A stretch of DNA of 64,000 nucleotides, from contig NC_045696.1 in assembly GCF_009834535.1 (NCBI RefSeq), forward strand, positions 111,106,001 through 111,170,000, written 5' to 3'. The notes beneath the pieces are model-generated. The model did not search any database. It saw only the letters and a list, made by a program, of their open reading frames with translations, and was not told where the DNA came from. Numbering within the stretch: the first letter of the stretch is position 1; every line of letters starts with the position of its first letter. Both the position numbers and the translations under genes were made by a program. The stretch is from Camelus ferus. Its lineage: Eukaryota. This document shows, piece after piece, positions 13,301 to 24,581 of the stretch.

Positions 13301-15176
13301 TATACATTTTCGTAATCTTGGGCATCGATCGGCAGTGCAGTCCTTTTTAGCCTCTGCCTAGTTGTGCTGCTCTGGTCTTGGTGTCCAAGACTCGCACAGG
13401 AAGGGAGTTGGTCTAGGCTCCCATGCATTCTGGATGGGGAATTAGGGAAGTGGGGAGGGAAAGAATGAGAAGGATGTTCTCCAAGAAGTGGACGGTTCTC
13501 TCCAGGAATATCTAAATCCAAGCACATCACAGTGCTGCAAAATTTCATTTCCTTCCTGGATTCTCAAGTCTGGACAACTTGAACAAAGCTATTCTTCATA
13601 TTAACTTAACTTTGACTTTCTTTCTTATGAATTAATAGCTTGGCCTTATAACTACAAAGAAACCATTCGCCACTTTCCCTGAGTTATATCAAAAGTATCT
13701 CACATCACCAGGACAATGAGACTCTCTAAACCTAAATCACAAATCCCTAATCCCTGGAAAATGCTCAGGCAACACCACACAATGTTAGCCATCTCGAGTT
13801 TCTAACTACAAGAAGGAATTACATGCTTCGGACTATTCGGAATTGTGAGATATTGTGACAGAAACATATCAGGCATAAACAGATAGCATTGTCAGTTTGG
13901 CTTAAAAATGAAATTTCTATTCCAAAATAATAACTGAGGAACTCTGTGTGTGCAAGTTAAAAATTGACAAGCAGAAGTTATTTACATCAGCCATAAAACA
14001 TTTGAAAAGTATCAGTAAATGGCCTATATCTTTTCTATCTACAATGGAGTTGGGATAATATCTCAGAATGTAACAATTTATTTTACTTGAAAGGTTAGCT
14101 GCTCTTTTTTGGTTGGTAATATGATTTTTGTTCATTAATCCAGGCTTTGAAGACTATATTTCAACTCATAATTCTAATATTTTGACATAGAACCACACTC
14201 CTAGAGTAGCAGAGAAAGAAATTGGCTTGAAGTCTTTCCCTAAGAACATGACTCCTGGCTTCCTATTTCTATAATGGGATTTTGGGGGGCAAGTTGGAAG
14301 GTACCATTATTTTCCTTTAGTGATCACATTTTATGTCACATTTCCATTTCCACGCCTCAGATATTTGTCGCATCAACATTGCTTTGTCAAATCTTCATTA
14401 CACCATGGCTCCCTTTTTATTCTGTTGATAATAAAAAAAAAAAATCAAGGGAAAACTGACACTTTTCATGAGTTTATCCTGAGGTGGGAATACATTTACA
14501 TCGTATCGATATTTTAGTGGTACACTGGGTGCACTACATTTCAGATGAGAACATTCAAAATTGGTAATGTTGCTGTTCATAGAAAAGCCAAATGGGACGA
14601 AATTACTGTGTCTTTCTTTTCACAAGAAATCCTTTGATTTAATTTGCATACTTTGAGATGATGATTTGTTTGAAAGGTTCACAGGTATTTCCTGCAGCAC
14701 AACACGTGCCTATTCATCCACATTCTTGCTTCCTTCTGGAAACAGGGGGCAAGAGACACGGAGGCTAGCCTCCAATGGGACAGCACAGGTGTCTGTTCAC
14801 CTGCCCACTTCCTGCTGCCTTCTGGTTTCTTCTCATTCTCTTTTCAGACTCAGTTTTAATTCCCCGCCTTCTTCAAGGAGCCATCACCAACTCTTCCTTT
14901 CCACATTGAGTTCCTCCTTGCTCTGCGTGTTTCTGGTTATTGTCTTGTCAAATATACAGTGTCTCCTTCTGTTTAGGGATCTTGTTTTATAATTCTTATA
15001 TTCTTACGGTGTGTTAGGTACATAGTAAATTTAGTTGACTTTTAAATTCACTAATCAATAATTCATTCAACACATGTTTGAGGAGAGTCCTCAAAATGTG
15101 AGCCATTACTCCAAGTGCAGCAAAGGCAACAGTGACCAACACGGTCGCTACACCTTATTTAATATAATGGTTGGAA

Positions 15177-15220
15177 CTTCAGGAAGAAGTATCCTTCAGG
15201 AAGAAGTATCCTTCAGGAAG
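15177..15220. repeat. Perfect 17-bp tandem repeat (CTTCAGGAAGAAGTATC) x2.6
   Basis: Units at 15177, 15194, 15211 (partial). Confidence 0.9.
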
Positions 15221-15759
15221 CGGTAGCAACGAGCCACAGAGGATGTGCTAGCTTCACTTCTGTCCTCACGAGATCCTTCAGAGGTCCTGTTTACACTCCA
15301 GCCTCACTGAGGGCACAAGTCCAGGCTCGCAGACCAGGAAGCTCCCAGGGTGCTGAGACAGAGCCAGTGGCTCTGGGTGCCCTGGGGTGAACCTGTCAGG
15401 TCACAGTGGGGCCAGACACCCTAAAAACGTTGAGAGATTATAGTGGCTATGGAACCTGGCTTTTTACTCCTGTTTCCTTTACATTCTGGGTCACACTGAG
15501 GAGAAATCAATTGAGCAGATCCCTTGGTTTCTCCCCACTGGTGGCCCTCGCCCCTCTCCCTTGTTCTCCGGTATCCACATGTCAGCTCTGGGTAACAAAA
15601 GACAGAGGATGAACACCTGTACCTTAGGAAAGGCAACTTTATTAAAGGGATTTCTAAGCGGCTGGAGAGCAATTTGTCTTGAAAATTATGACATCGCTTA
15701 CCATTTATTATTTTCCATGTGCTTGGTATTTATTTTGAGCATCCCTCTTTACCACATTG

Positions 15760-16236
15760 TAGAGAGAAATTCCTGCATTATAGGGATGGCCACATAGAAG
15801 ACATTCAACACTGGACAGATAAGATGGACAGCCATTTATTAGTTACCTATACTCACAACCCAGGGGAGAACACTGCAGGCCATGCAGAGTTACCCGGGGT
15901 GGCACTGAAGAACAGAGTGGGACAACAGGCTGGGGGAGACAGGCTTTGTCGTCCTGAGAGTGCACAGAAACTCCTGATTTCCACAGGAGGAAGTGATTGG
16001 CTTGTTTGGATAGTTCTGTGGGCTGGCAGGAAACCGAAGCCTGCTGTTCAGGGGTAAGCAAGGACTGTGACTGGTCCCAGGAGGGATTGTGGATGGCTAT
16101 TTGGCTGGGGGAACTTACCCATCGGAGCAGAGTGGTGGGGAGGGGAATTAGTGGTTAACCCATTCATGCACTCCCCAATCTCACCAGATGTCCAAGCAGC
16201 ACGTAATACCGAACCTACTCTTAGATCCTGTATCCA
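15760..16236 (-). mobile_element. ERVL-class solo LTR (MER54/MER74-like)
   Basis: acactggacagataagatggacagccatttattagttac...gtgattggcttgtttg...caccagatgtccaagcagcac. Confidence 0.7.
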
Positions 16237-17084
16237 AGTGTCACAGCATGGACTTGACACACAATACCTCACTGAACCTTTAAAATAATCCCAGGAAATA
16301 GTTATCATTACTTTGTTGTAAAGAAACTTAAGTCACTTCAGGTGACATCTCAGGAAATGAAAAATCCGAGATTCAGTGCTGAGCATCCCAGATAGCTGAT
16401 CAAGCTTTGAAGGATTATTTGCAAATAACACAAGGCCGCACTTCCAACCAACAATGCATTTTGACACCAGGATGTGAATTGAGAACTTGAAGTGGAAATT
16501 CTTGATGCTTCTGCCACCTACATAATGTCACCTCAGTGAGGAGCAGCTCCGCTGAAGGGAAGCCCACAGGCACAGTGAGCACCTTGGTCCCTAAGCAAAG
16601 TACTAATTATCTTATAAAACCTCCACTTCGGTCCCCATGGACTATGAGTCCATTGAGTCCTGTGAAGTTTTCAGGCCAACCTCAGGGAAATGCTTTAGAT
16701 TAAAATGTAGACACATGACTTGGACTCGTTCTAATCAATCTTATCTATGATGAATTTTGGACATGAGCTAAATATTCATACCTACAGTCATTCGTCTTTT
16801 TGTGAGAGTCAGATTGGATGCATGAGAGTGGCATTTTGGTATTGGTGAAGGGTTTGCCTGGAAAATTTAAAAAATAAGGCATGGGTGGTTTCTAGGTACA
16901 TCACATACATAGTTTATTTCCTCTTGAAATAAAGTGTTCCCTCTGGACTTTGAAAGCAAGAGCACTGATCTGTTTCTCCCCACTGGTCTTGGGGACCATT
17001 AACTTCTAGCAGCAGGTAGAATCCTTGAGGGAAAATTTGCTCATCCTTTACCTTCTGGTGTAGTTTTAGGGTAATTCTTATGGA

Positions 17085-17735
17085 TTGTAATAGTCAGCTG
17101 TAGTGCCATGACACTGCATAACAAACAACCCGAACATCTCAATGCCTTAAAGGAGTGTTATGGGCTGAATTGTGTCCCCTTAAAATCCATATGTAGAAAC
17201 CCTAACCCTAACCTCTTGACGATATTAGGAGGTAGAGCCTTTGGGAAAAGATTAAGAGTAGATTGGAACACGAGGGCCAAGCCTTTGTGAATAAGATGAG
17301 TGCTGTTATAAGGATCCTGGGGATCCTGTTTCTCTCTGCTCTCTGCCATGTGGGGATACAATGAGAAGACAGCTGTCTGTGAACCAGGAAGGGGCTCCCA
17401 CCAACACTGAACCTGCCAGCACTTTGATCTTGGACTTTGCAGACTCCAGAACTGTGAGAAATGAAGATCTGTCATTGCAGCCAACCTGTCTAAGGTACTC
17501 TGTTAGAACAGCCCAAACAGACTAAGACAAGGAGGAAACCTTTCTTTCTCTTGCTCACAGTTCTGACAGTCAGCTGGGGTGACTACTTCAAGTACCAGAT
17601 GATCTGTTTCAGGAAGGTGAGGAAGTCTGCTTCAGGGGTCTGTCATCTTCCTCAGACCAGTGGCTACCTGAGCTATGCTTTTCTCATGACGAACAGCAGG
17701 AGCACAGAGGGTGAGTGGAAGCATTTGACGCCTTG
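17085..17735 (-). mobile_element. Old MLT1(H-K)-like MaLR LTR, interrupted by MLT1A
   Basis: ctgcataacaaacaacccgaacatctcaatgccttaa | tttctttctcttgctcacagttctg... continues on both sides of the insertion. Confidence 0.7.
17156..17529 (+). mobile_element. Complete MLT1A-type solo LTR with perfect 5-bp TSD AGGAG
   Basis: TGTTATGGGCTGAATTGTGTCCCC...AGACTAAGACA; AGGAG at 17151-17155 and 17530-17534. Confidence 0.92.
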
Positions 17736-17744
17736 GATGAAATT

Positions 17745-17937
17745 TCTGCTGTGCCTTGGAGAAGGTGTGACCTCAGGGAGGTGACTGCCCTTTCTGTGTT
17801 GCAGTTCCCTCATCTGCAAAATGTGAACCATGATAGCATCTATTTCAGAAGGTTGCTCTGGAAAGCAACCAAGGAAAGCAAGAATGTGCTTAGCAGGATA
17901 CCTAGCACATAGTAATTGCTTAATAAATGTTATCAGT
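17745..17937 (+). mobile_element. MIR SINE
   Basis: cagttccctcatctgcaaaatg...cctagcacatagtaattgcttaataaatgtt. Confidence 0.8.
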
Positions 17938-18729
17938 TGACGTGATTGTGTTGTTTTATGGTAGATGTTAAATTTCTACAACACAAAAGGGTCCCAGAGG
18001 GTCTCAATTTTAATGATATTGAGTCTTAAAAACATTGCACTTAATCTTATTTTTGACAACTAGACGTTAATCCTTTATAACATAACATTTTTGATGGGCC
18101 TTTTGGACTCCACACGATGGCGTTTGAGTGGCATGGGCCCAGATATTCCAGCTGTTCCCATCCACTCTAAAGAACATCTTCTTTTGTGAGCTCAAGGTCC
18201 AGGCATCTCAGCCTAATCTCCTGAATGAAAGTATAGAGGTTGCCCAGGCCTCCAAAGAAACAGGTCCCCTCATGGGTGGAGATGTGGGAGGAGCTTTCAG
18301 GCAGAGATTCCAGCTGATTCCAGGTCTCAGGGCAAGCATCAGGCGAGAAACTTAATGAGCTGCATTAACGTGGGCTCAGTCATCTCCCTGCACAGTGACA
18401 AGCAGTTAAAGTTTTTGATTTAAAGTCTTCATTAAAAGAGGTCTTCGAATAAAATGAACTTCATCCTTTTATGACAACCAGAAGGGAAAATGTAAGACCA
18501 TTTAATCTGTGATGCAGTTTAAATCAAACTTATCTGGGCCTACATCAGATTGAACTTGACAGTGAAATCATGTTGCCTGGCTGGAATAATTAGGTTGGTT
18601 TTATGAAGCCTCTTCATTGATTCCGTTCTTTCCATATACAATCACTCAACTTTAGGAGTGGAACACCACCCCAACAATAGCAACTGGGTCATGGTGGTGA
18701 CGATGAGGATGCTAGCAGCATCTCCCACA

Positions 18730-19150
18730 TGTCTGATCGCATCTCCCAACTTCTCTCCAGTTCACTCATGTTCCATCTCTACTGCCACCATCTCTGCCCA
18801 AGCCACCAGCTTTTCCCACCTGAGCTGAGGGCTCCTCATCTCCCATCATCCCCCTGGTCCTGGAGATTCATTCTGACCACTCCTGCCAATTATCTTTCAG
18901 AAATGTGAAGCTGACCACACTCTCGTCTCAGCCTGGAACTCTCCAAAGGATCCCATGAGAGGCAGTGGGAGTTTCCAGGAACTTCAAGAGAGGAGAGGCA
19001 GACATCTGGTGAATTTGGGGGCTATAGAGGCAAGAGACCATTCTGGAAAACTGGACAGAGTTGGTCAGGAAGGGACACGGTAGCATGAAGGGGCCTGGCC
19101 TTGACATTATTGGAGGGGAACAGGGAGTCATTAAATGTATCTGAACAATA
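18730..19150. mobile_element. L2 fragments (opposite orientations)
   Basis: ccatctctactgccaccatc...ccaagccacca and ggaacagggagtcattaaatgtatctgaacaatagg. Confidence 0.55.
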
Positions 19151-20342
19151 GGCATATAATTAAAATAAATAAATAAACAAACAAACAAACCTAATTACCT
19201 CCCCCAAAATAAAAATTTAAAACAAAAACAAAGATAGCATGTCCCTTTTATACGTGTGTGAACAGGGAGACAGGTCTACCAGAAAGCTGAACACACTAGC
19301 AGTAGTTCTGAGTGGTGGGGTTTGGAATAACTCACACTGTTTTCTTCATGTTCTTTAGTATCACTCTCATTTTCTTCATGACTTTGTATTCGCCTATGTT
19401 TAAACCCAACTTATTTTGACTTTGTAATCCAAAGAAGACAAATCCTGTGCTCTTGTTTCTACACCACAAGCCGCATTCGAACACTGCGCTCGCTGGGCCT
19501 CTCTGAGCTCCTGACTCACAGACCTGACTCTGTGGCACAACTGACTGTTTCCTCCTGGGTTTCCCAGTGTCTCTGGCTTCTAAATTTATCTTCTCTAGAA
19601 AAGTCTTTTGAATCTCTTAGCTGAGGGGAGCCAGCCATGTGCACCATCCACCAAACGGCAGCCAGCCCTCGGGAGAGCGTTTGCCTCGCTCTGCGCGAAG
19701 TTAGCATCCAGAGTCACCGCGTGGGAGTGCTGGTCGGGTTTCACAGCCCCGCCTCAGAGAAGTGATCATCCAGGTTGTAAACTGAGCCAATGCACTGCGA
19801 GAATTGCTGGAAAAGAACTGATAAATAAAACCTTTCCATTTTAGTGTCCCTGCTCTCAAGGACGACTGTTTTCGTGGAGTGGTTGGGCTTCTCAGCTCTG
19901 AGGAAAACTCCTAATGAGGCTGGGCCAAGAGGAGGGGTGGGAATTCGAGGCGCTTAAACATTGTGCACCCAGATAATTATAGCATTCTTCCAAAGAAGAT
20001 GTTTTATTACCAAGGGCCACTCTCCCTTTTAAAAATAGTCTTTGTTTCCTAGAAATGAAACCAGCACAACCGGATCACTTACTCATTCTCTCTCTTGCTC
20101 TCAATACGTCTACACGGAAGTCTCATTTCTTAGTTTTACTTACTTTTCAGCCCTGGGGGATTTCCAGAGGACAGAGGTAGGTCCATTTCAAAACCAAAAT
20201 TGTCCCTGAAAACTAAGGGCCACACAGAAAGATCCAGATATGTGATGGCATTAGTTAATTACTTGCATTTCCTGAAATGCTCTCATATTGCTTCTCAAGC
20301 AAACCTTCCAAAACACTCCCCGGGAATCAAAGGTTAACATGA

Positions 20343-20741
20343 TGTATTAGTCTGCGAGGGCTGCCATAACAAAAGATCACAGACAGGGTGGCTTGGACAA
20401 CAGAAATATATTTTCTCACAGTTCTGCAGGCCTAAGATCAAGATGCCAACAGGTTGGTTTCCTCTGACGCCTCTACTTGGCTGTAGCCTGTCACCATCTC
20501 GCCACGACCTCCTGTGGTCTTTCTCGGGGCACTGGCGTCCCTGGTGTCTCTGTGTGGTGCGCTCTAATCTCTTTTTCTTGTAAGGACACCAGTCATACCG
20601 GGTTAGGTCCACCCTAAAGTCTTCATTTTAACTTAACTATATCTTTAAAGGCCCATCTCCAAATGCAGTCCCATTCTGAGATACTGGAGGTTAGGGTTTC
20701 AGCACATAACCTTTAAGGGGGCTACAACTCAGCTGATAACA
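20343..20741 (-). mobile_element. MLT1B-type MaLR solo LTR
   Basis: TGTATTAGTCTGCGAGGGCTGCCATAACAAA...taaggacaccagtcat...ggcccatctccaaatgcagtcccattctgag...ATAACA. Confidence 0.9.
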
Positions 20742-20969
20742 TATGGCATCAGTTAGAAAGAGCAAATGAAAAAAAAAACAATAAAGCATTGAAAGTTTGC
20801 TTATCGTCTTAGAATATCAGCAACAATAACTATGATCTGCCAGCTTTGAGTAGAGACGAATTTGGGATTTTTTTCCAACCCCCTCCCCAAAGCCAAGTAT
20901 TCTCTCGAACCAGATCATTACCCTTCTCCTTCAAATGTGTTCATACTTCACAAATGAGAGGTGGATGGA

Positions 20970-21150
20970 GCTGGAGCTTTGGTGTCGTGGGAGCATCCTG
21001 CAAGTCCCGGCTCTCACCTATTACCTGGAGATGCCTTGGCGGGTCACTTAGCATCTCTGGATCTTGGTTCTCTCATTTGGAAAGTGATGCTCTCATACCC
21101 ACTACCTCCTTCTTTCCAGGGAGGGTGAGGGACTCACACGAGCAAAATCC
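20970..21150 (+). mobile_element. MIR SINE
   Basis: ccttggcgggtcacttagcatctctggatcttggttctctcatttggaaagtg. Confidence 0.65.
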
Positions 21151-21944
21151 ATTTGCGGGCTGTGGGACTGTGAGACTTAAACTTGTGTTTGATTCTGAAT
21201 CTTATTGATTCAGGCATATGTAGTTTCACAGCAAAGGATGACTGGATATGAAATGTTTTTGGAACATGAAAGCTAGGGAAAAGAAATGGTAAGACCGCAG
21301 AACTTAAGCAAGACAGAATAAGAGATGAATCTAAAACAATCTATCCATTTGAGGGAAACATAAAAGGCAGCAAATAAACATAAATGTTTTCCCAGTTCAG
21401 TTACATAAAGGGTTTGAAGTATTATAAGAAAATATTTATAATAAAATAGAAACATGCAAATAAGAAAAATCAGAATAACTGACAATTTATATGTAACAAC
21501 AGGTCAAAAGTAAAGGAAATGAAACTGTACTAAGATGGAGATCATATACAGTTACTAAATTAAATGCACAGACTTTTTTTTTCTCTTAATTTCCTGACAT
21601 GTGAAGTCGGAAGGGAAACTCTTATTATGAGCTCCTTTGATGCTCGCTCTCCATGAGAGGACAGTTCACTTGTTTATGGAAGCAAAGATTTGCCAAGCTC
21701 AATGTTCGAGATGAAGTTTCTAGTACAAGCTGTCCTCTAAGTCAGCGTTACCACCCCGACTGATCTCCCTACATCTCCACGGAAGAAGGGAGTTGTCAGA
21801 AAATGCAGAGGAGCAACCCTGACTTCCAGGACTCCACTCGAGCAATTCTGGGTCAACCAAAGGTATTCATATTGTTCAAGAGCTGTCTCAATCTGTCTGA
21901 TCACAGCCAGGTTTGGAAAGCACCAATGGGGGGACATACTCAGT

Positions 21945-22390
21945 TATCTTAGTGGGTTATTCCCATAAGCAGACTCTGAGACAAAGACCTGAGTGCAAAG
22001 TATTCACTGGGAAGTAAGGAAACACTGGTACAGGAGTGGAAACGAGACAAGGGAGGGAGGCAGCAAAATTAGGGTCATACTAAGCCTGTTGCCACAGGAG
22101 GCGACTGGAGGTTCATGGGGTGGGTGAGGAAACTCTGCAACCCAGAGTGGGTCCCAGCTGGGTTTGCACACCAAGTCCCAGGAGTCCTGGACTGCTGGCT
22201 GCTCCTGGAGGCTGGCCGCTCTTTGGCATCCCCAACCTACCTTCTGTGCAAGCGCACAGTATGCTGTGGAAGGCAGAGGACCCTCGGCGGAATGCATGCG
22301 GGAGCTGCCAGGGAACTTGAAGGGTGTGGACGGAAAGGGTAGGCCTGAGGGCAGATGTGGGTCCAGAAAGCAGTGCACTGAGCACCACCC
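21945..22390 (-). mobile_element. ERVL LTR33/LTR16-group solo LTR
   Basis: aagcagactctgagacaaagacctgagtgcaaagtattcactgggaag...ggagtggaaacgagacaagggagggaggcagc. Confidence 0.7.
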
Positions 22391-22734
22391 TCACCACCAC
22401 CCCGGGCGCAGCCGTGGAACTGAGGTCAGGTTCCCAGGACTGAGAGCTACACATACATCTGCCCCGCCAAGAACATGATTTGCTTTATGTGTGCAGGGAA
22501 TTTCAGGGCCAGGCACAGAGGGATGGGTGTCAAAAGGGGAAGAACAGGCGTGGTCCCTGAACACAGGCTCTGCTAACTGGCTGAGTGAGCTAAAGCTTGT
22601 TTTCCTTCTTTTGAACTTCATTTCTCCTTTTTGAAAATTAAAAAAAAAATCTGGCTCTGTTCTCCTTTATTCATGTCATGAGCTAAGATGAGACTTTGGA
22701 AAAGGGAAGGATGAAGCAAAACGAGGCGGCGGCG

Positions 22735-22900
22735 CTTAGGTGGAGCAAAGGCCTTTGCAGATGCTAGACCTGGGCTTCACTGTTGCACATCAGCCTTGTG
22801 ATCCTGGGTCATGCTGGATCTTAGTCTCCCCATCTGTAAAATGGGAACACTGCTAATACGTCCTTGGCCAGACTGCTGTGAGAACTAGCGAAGGTACAAA
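22735..22900 (+). mobile_element. MIR SINE
   Basis: cttagtctccccatctgtaaaatgggaac. Confidence 0.7.
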
Positions 22901-24524
22901 CAGAACCTGGTCCTTAGCCAGGTGAACGGTAACTGTATTGAGGGAAAAGCATCAAATAATCATTTGATGAAAGGTTCTTCTATTTTATAAAAGATTCTTT
23001 ATCTGTGACTTACACACAGGGATTCCTTAGTCCTTGTTTTAGTATTGTTACCCTAAAAGGTAAAGACTCCAGTTGTTGCATACCTGAAAGATAAGTTTAC
23101 AGTCGGGAGACAGTGCGTTGTGTAGTGAAAGATTTTAAAACCTTTATTTTAAAAAAAGGAAAAGTATTCCTCCAAGAACAGGAGGCGGGCTGATTGAAGG
23201 GAGGAAGAGCGGCAGTTCTTGTCTCTCCTTTCTCTCAGACCCTCGCTTAGAGGTGGTCTCTTGATTGACAGCCCTTGTCCCTGGAGTGCTTAGTCATGTT
23301 TGTCCCCTTTGTGCACGTCCTTACCCGTGACGCAGAAAATCCCATGAAGGGGTGAGGGGAAGTGAGCCTGGCAGCCAGAAGCCTACCCAGTCCTCATCTC
23401 GAAGGGGCACCTGCGAAATCAAAGGCTCTATTCAAAGCCACCCACCCTTTCAAATAAAGAGTTGTTGCAGCAGCAAACAATTAAAAAAAAAAAATCTCAA
23501 CTGCAATGTTAATTATATAATACAACGAGCATCGGTCATGTCCGGTTAAGTCTTTGCGGCCACCGGGTTCTAACCGGTTTCTTGCTGCCACTCATTTAGA
23601 AGAAGTAAAGCCCCTTTATGCTGGAGGCGGGCATACTGCCATCTTCCGGACCATCCTCCCTCTCCTCCACCTTATCTGCCCTGGGCCCCCATTTACTTAA
23701 GTACCTGACAATATGAAGATAAAAACGTCTTGTCAACAATCAATGGTCAATGTCAATTTTAGTTTGTTTCCCCAAAGCCTTGCTCCCGGGCATCACTTTC
23801 CAGAGCTTTTCTTCATTTCTTCTTCTCGTCAATGCAGCTCGCTTCTCAGAGGATGAAAGACGGAGAGCAGAGCATCCTTCCCGTATCTTTCTGCCAGAAG
23901 AAATGCGGACAATCCTAAGGAAGCTGGATTTGCGTAAATTAGCGCCATGTTACTCCCTAGGGATTATTTTATTTTAAAATCTATTCAACAAGTAATGCCA
24001 TTAGTTCAATGGCCAGCTTGTTAACCTTTAGACCAACAGCCAGGTTTTAAATTGCCTTACATTTCTCCAAACACTTCTCTGAGGAAACACATAAATGAAA
24101 TATAAAAGAAAAAACGGAATTTTGGTTCCAACCCCAGAGAAATCCACCATGTATGCATTTCAGGCCCGTTTTCAAGATCAGATCTAGAAAACCTTTGTCG
24201 GGTGGGAGCTCAAACAACCACAGGCAAAGGTACATGCATTGATTCTTGTTTGGAAGTAGTGAGCAAAATGCAGATTGTCTGTCAGCAGCCAGAGAAAGAT
24301 CACGGCTCCCAAACCCGATGAACTCAGTCGCCTTCATCACAAGTGTAGCTGTTCTCACTGAACTTGGGGACAGTCCTGAAAATATATCTAATAATTTCTG
24401 AAAAACCCAAACCTGGGCCATCTCTAGACCAAATTACTGACAAATAGATTTTGTTTTCACTGTTCCATCTCTTTTCCTGATGCTTTCAGGACCCAGTTCC
24501 CTGTATTACCCCAATGTGCATGTA

Positions 24525-24525
<1 letters not shown>

Positions 24526-24579
<54 letters not shown>
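24526..24579. repeat. (AC)27 microsatellite
   Basis: Direct reading. Confidence 0.95.

Positions 24580-24581
<2 letters not shown>

Noticed and set aside
17199..17215. Telomere-like (CCCTAA)2
   Set aside because: Only two units, inside an MLT1A LTR where a similar motif is part of the consensus.
17988..18112. Possible MITE with imperfect terminal inverted repeats
   Set aside because: Termini match only loosely and I could not assign a family.
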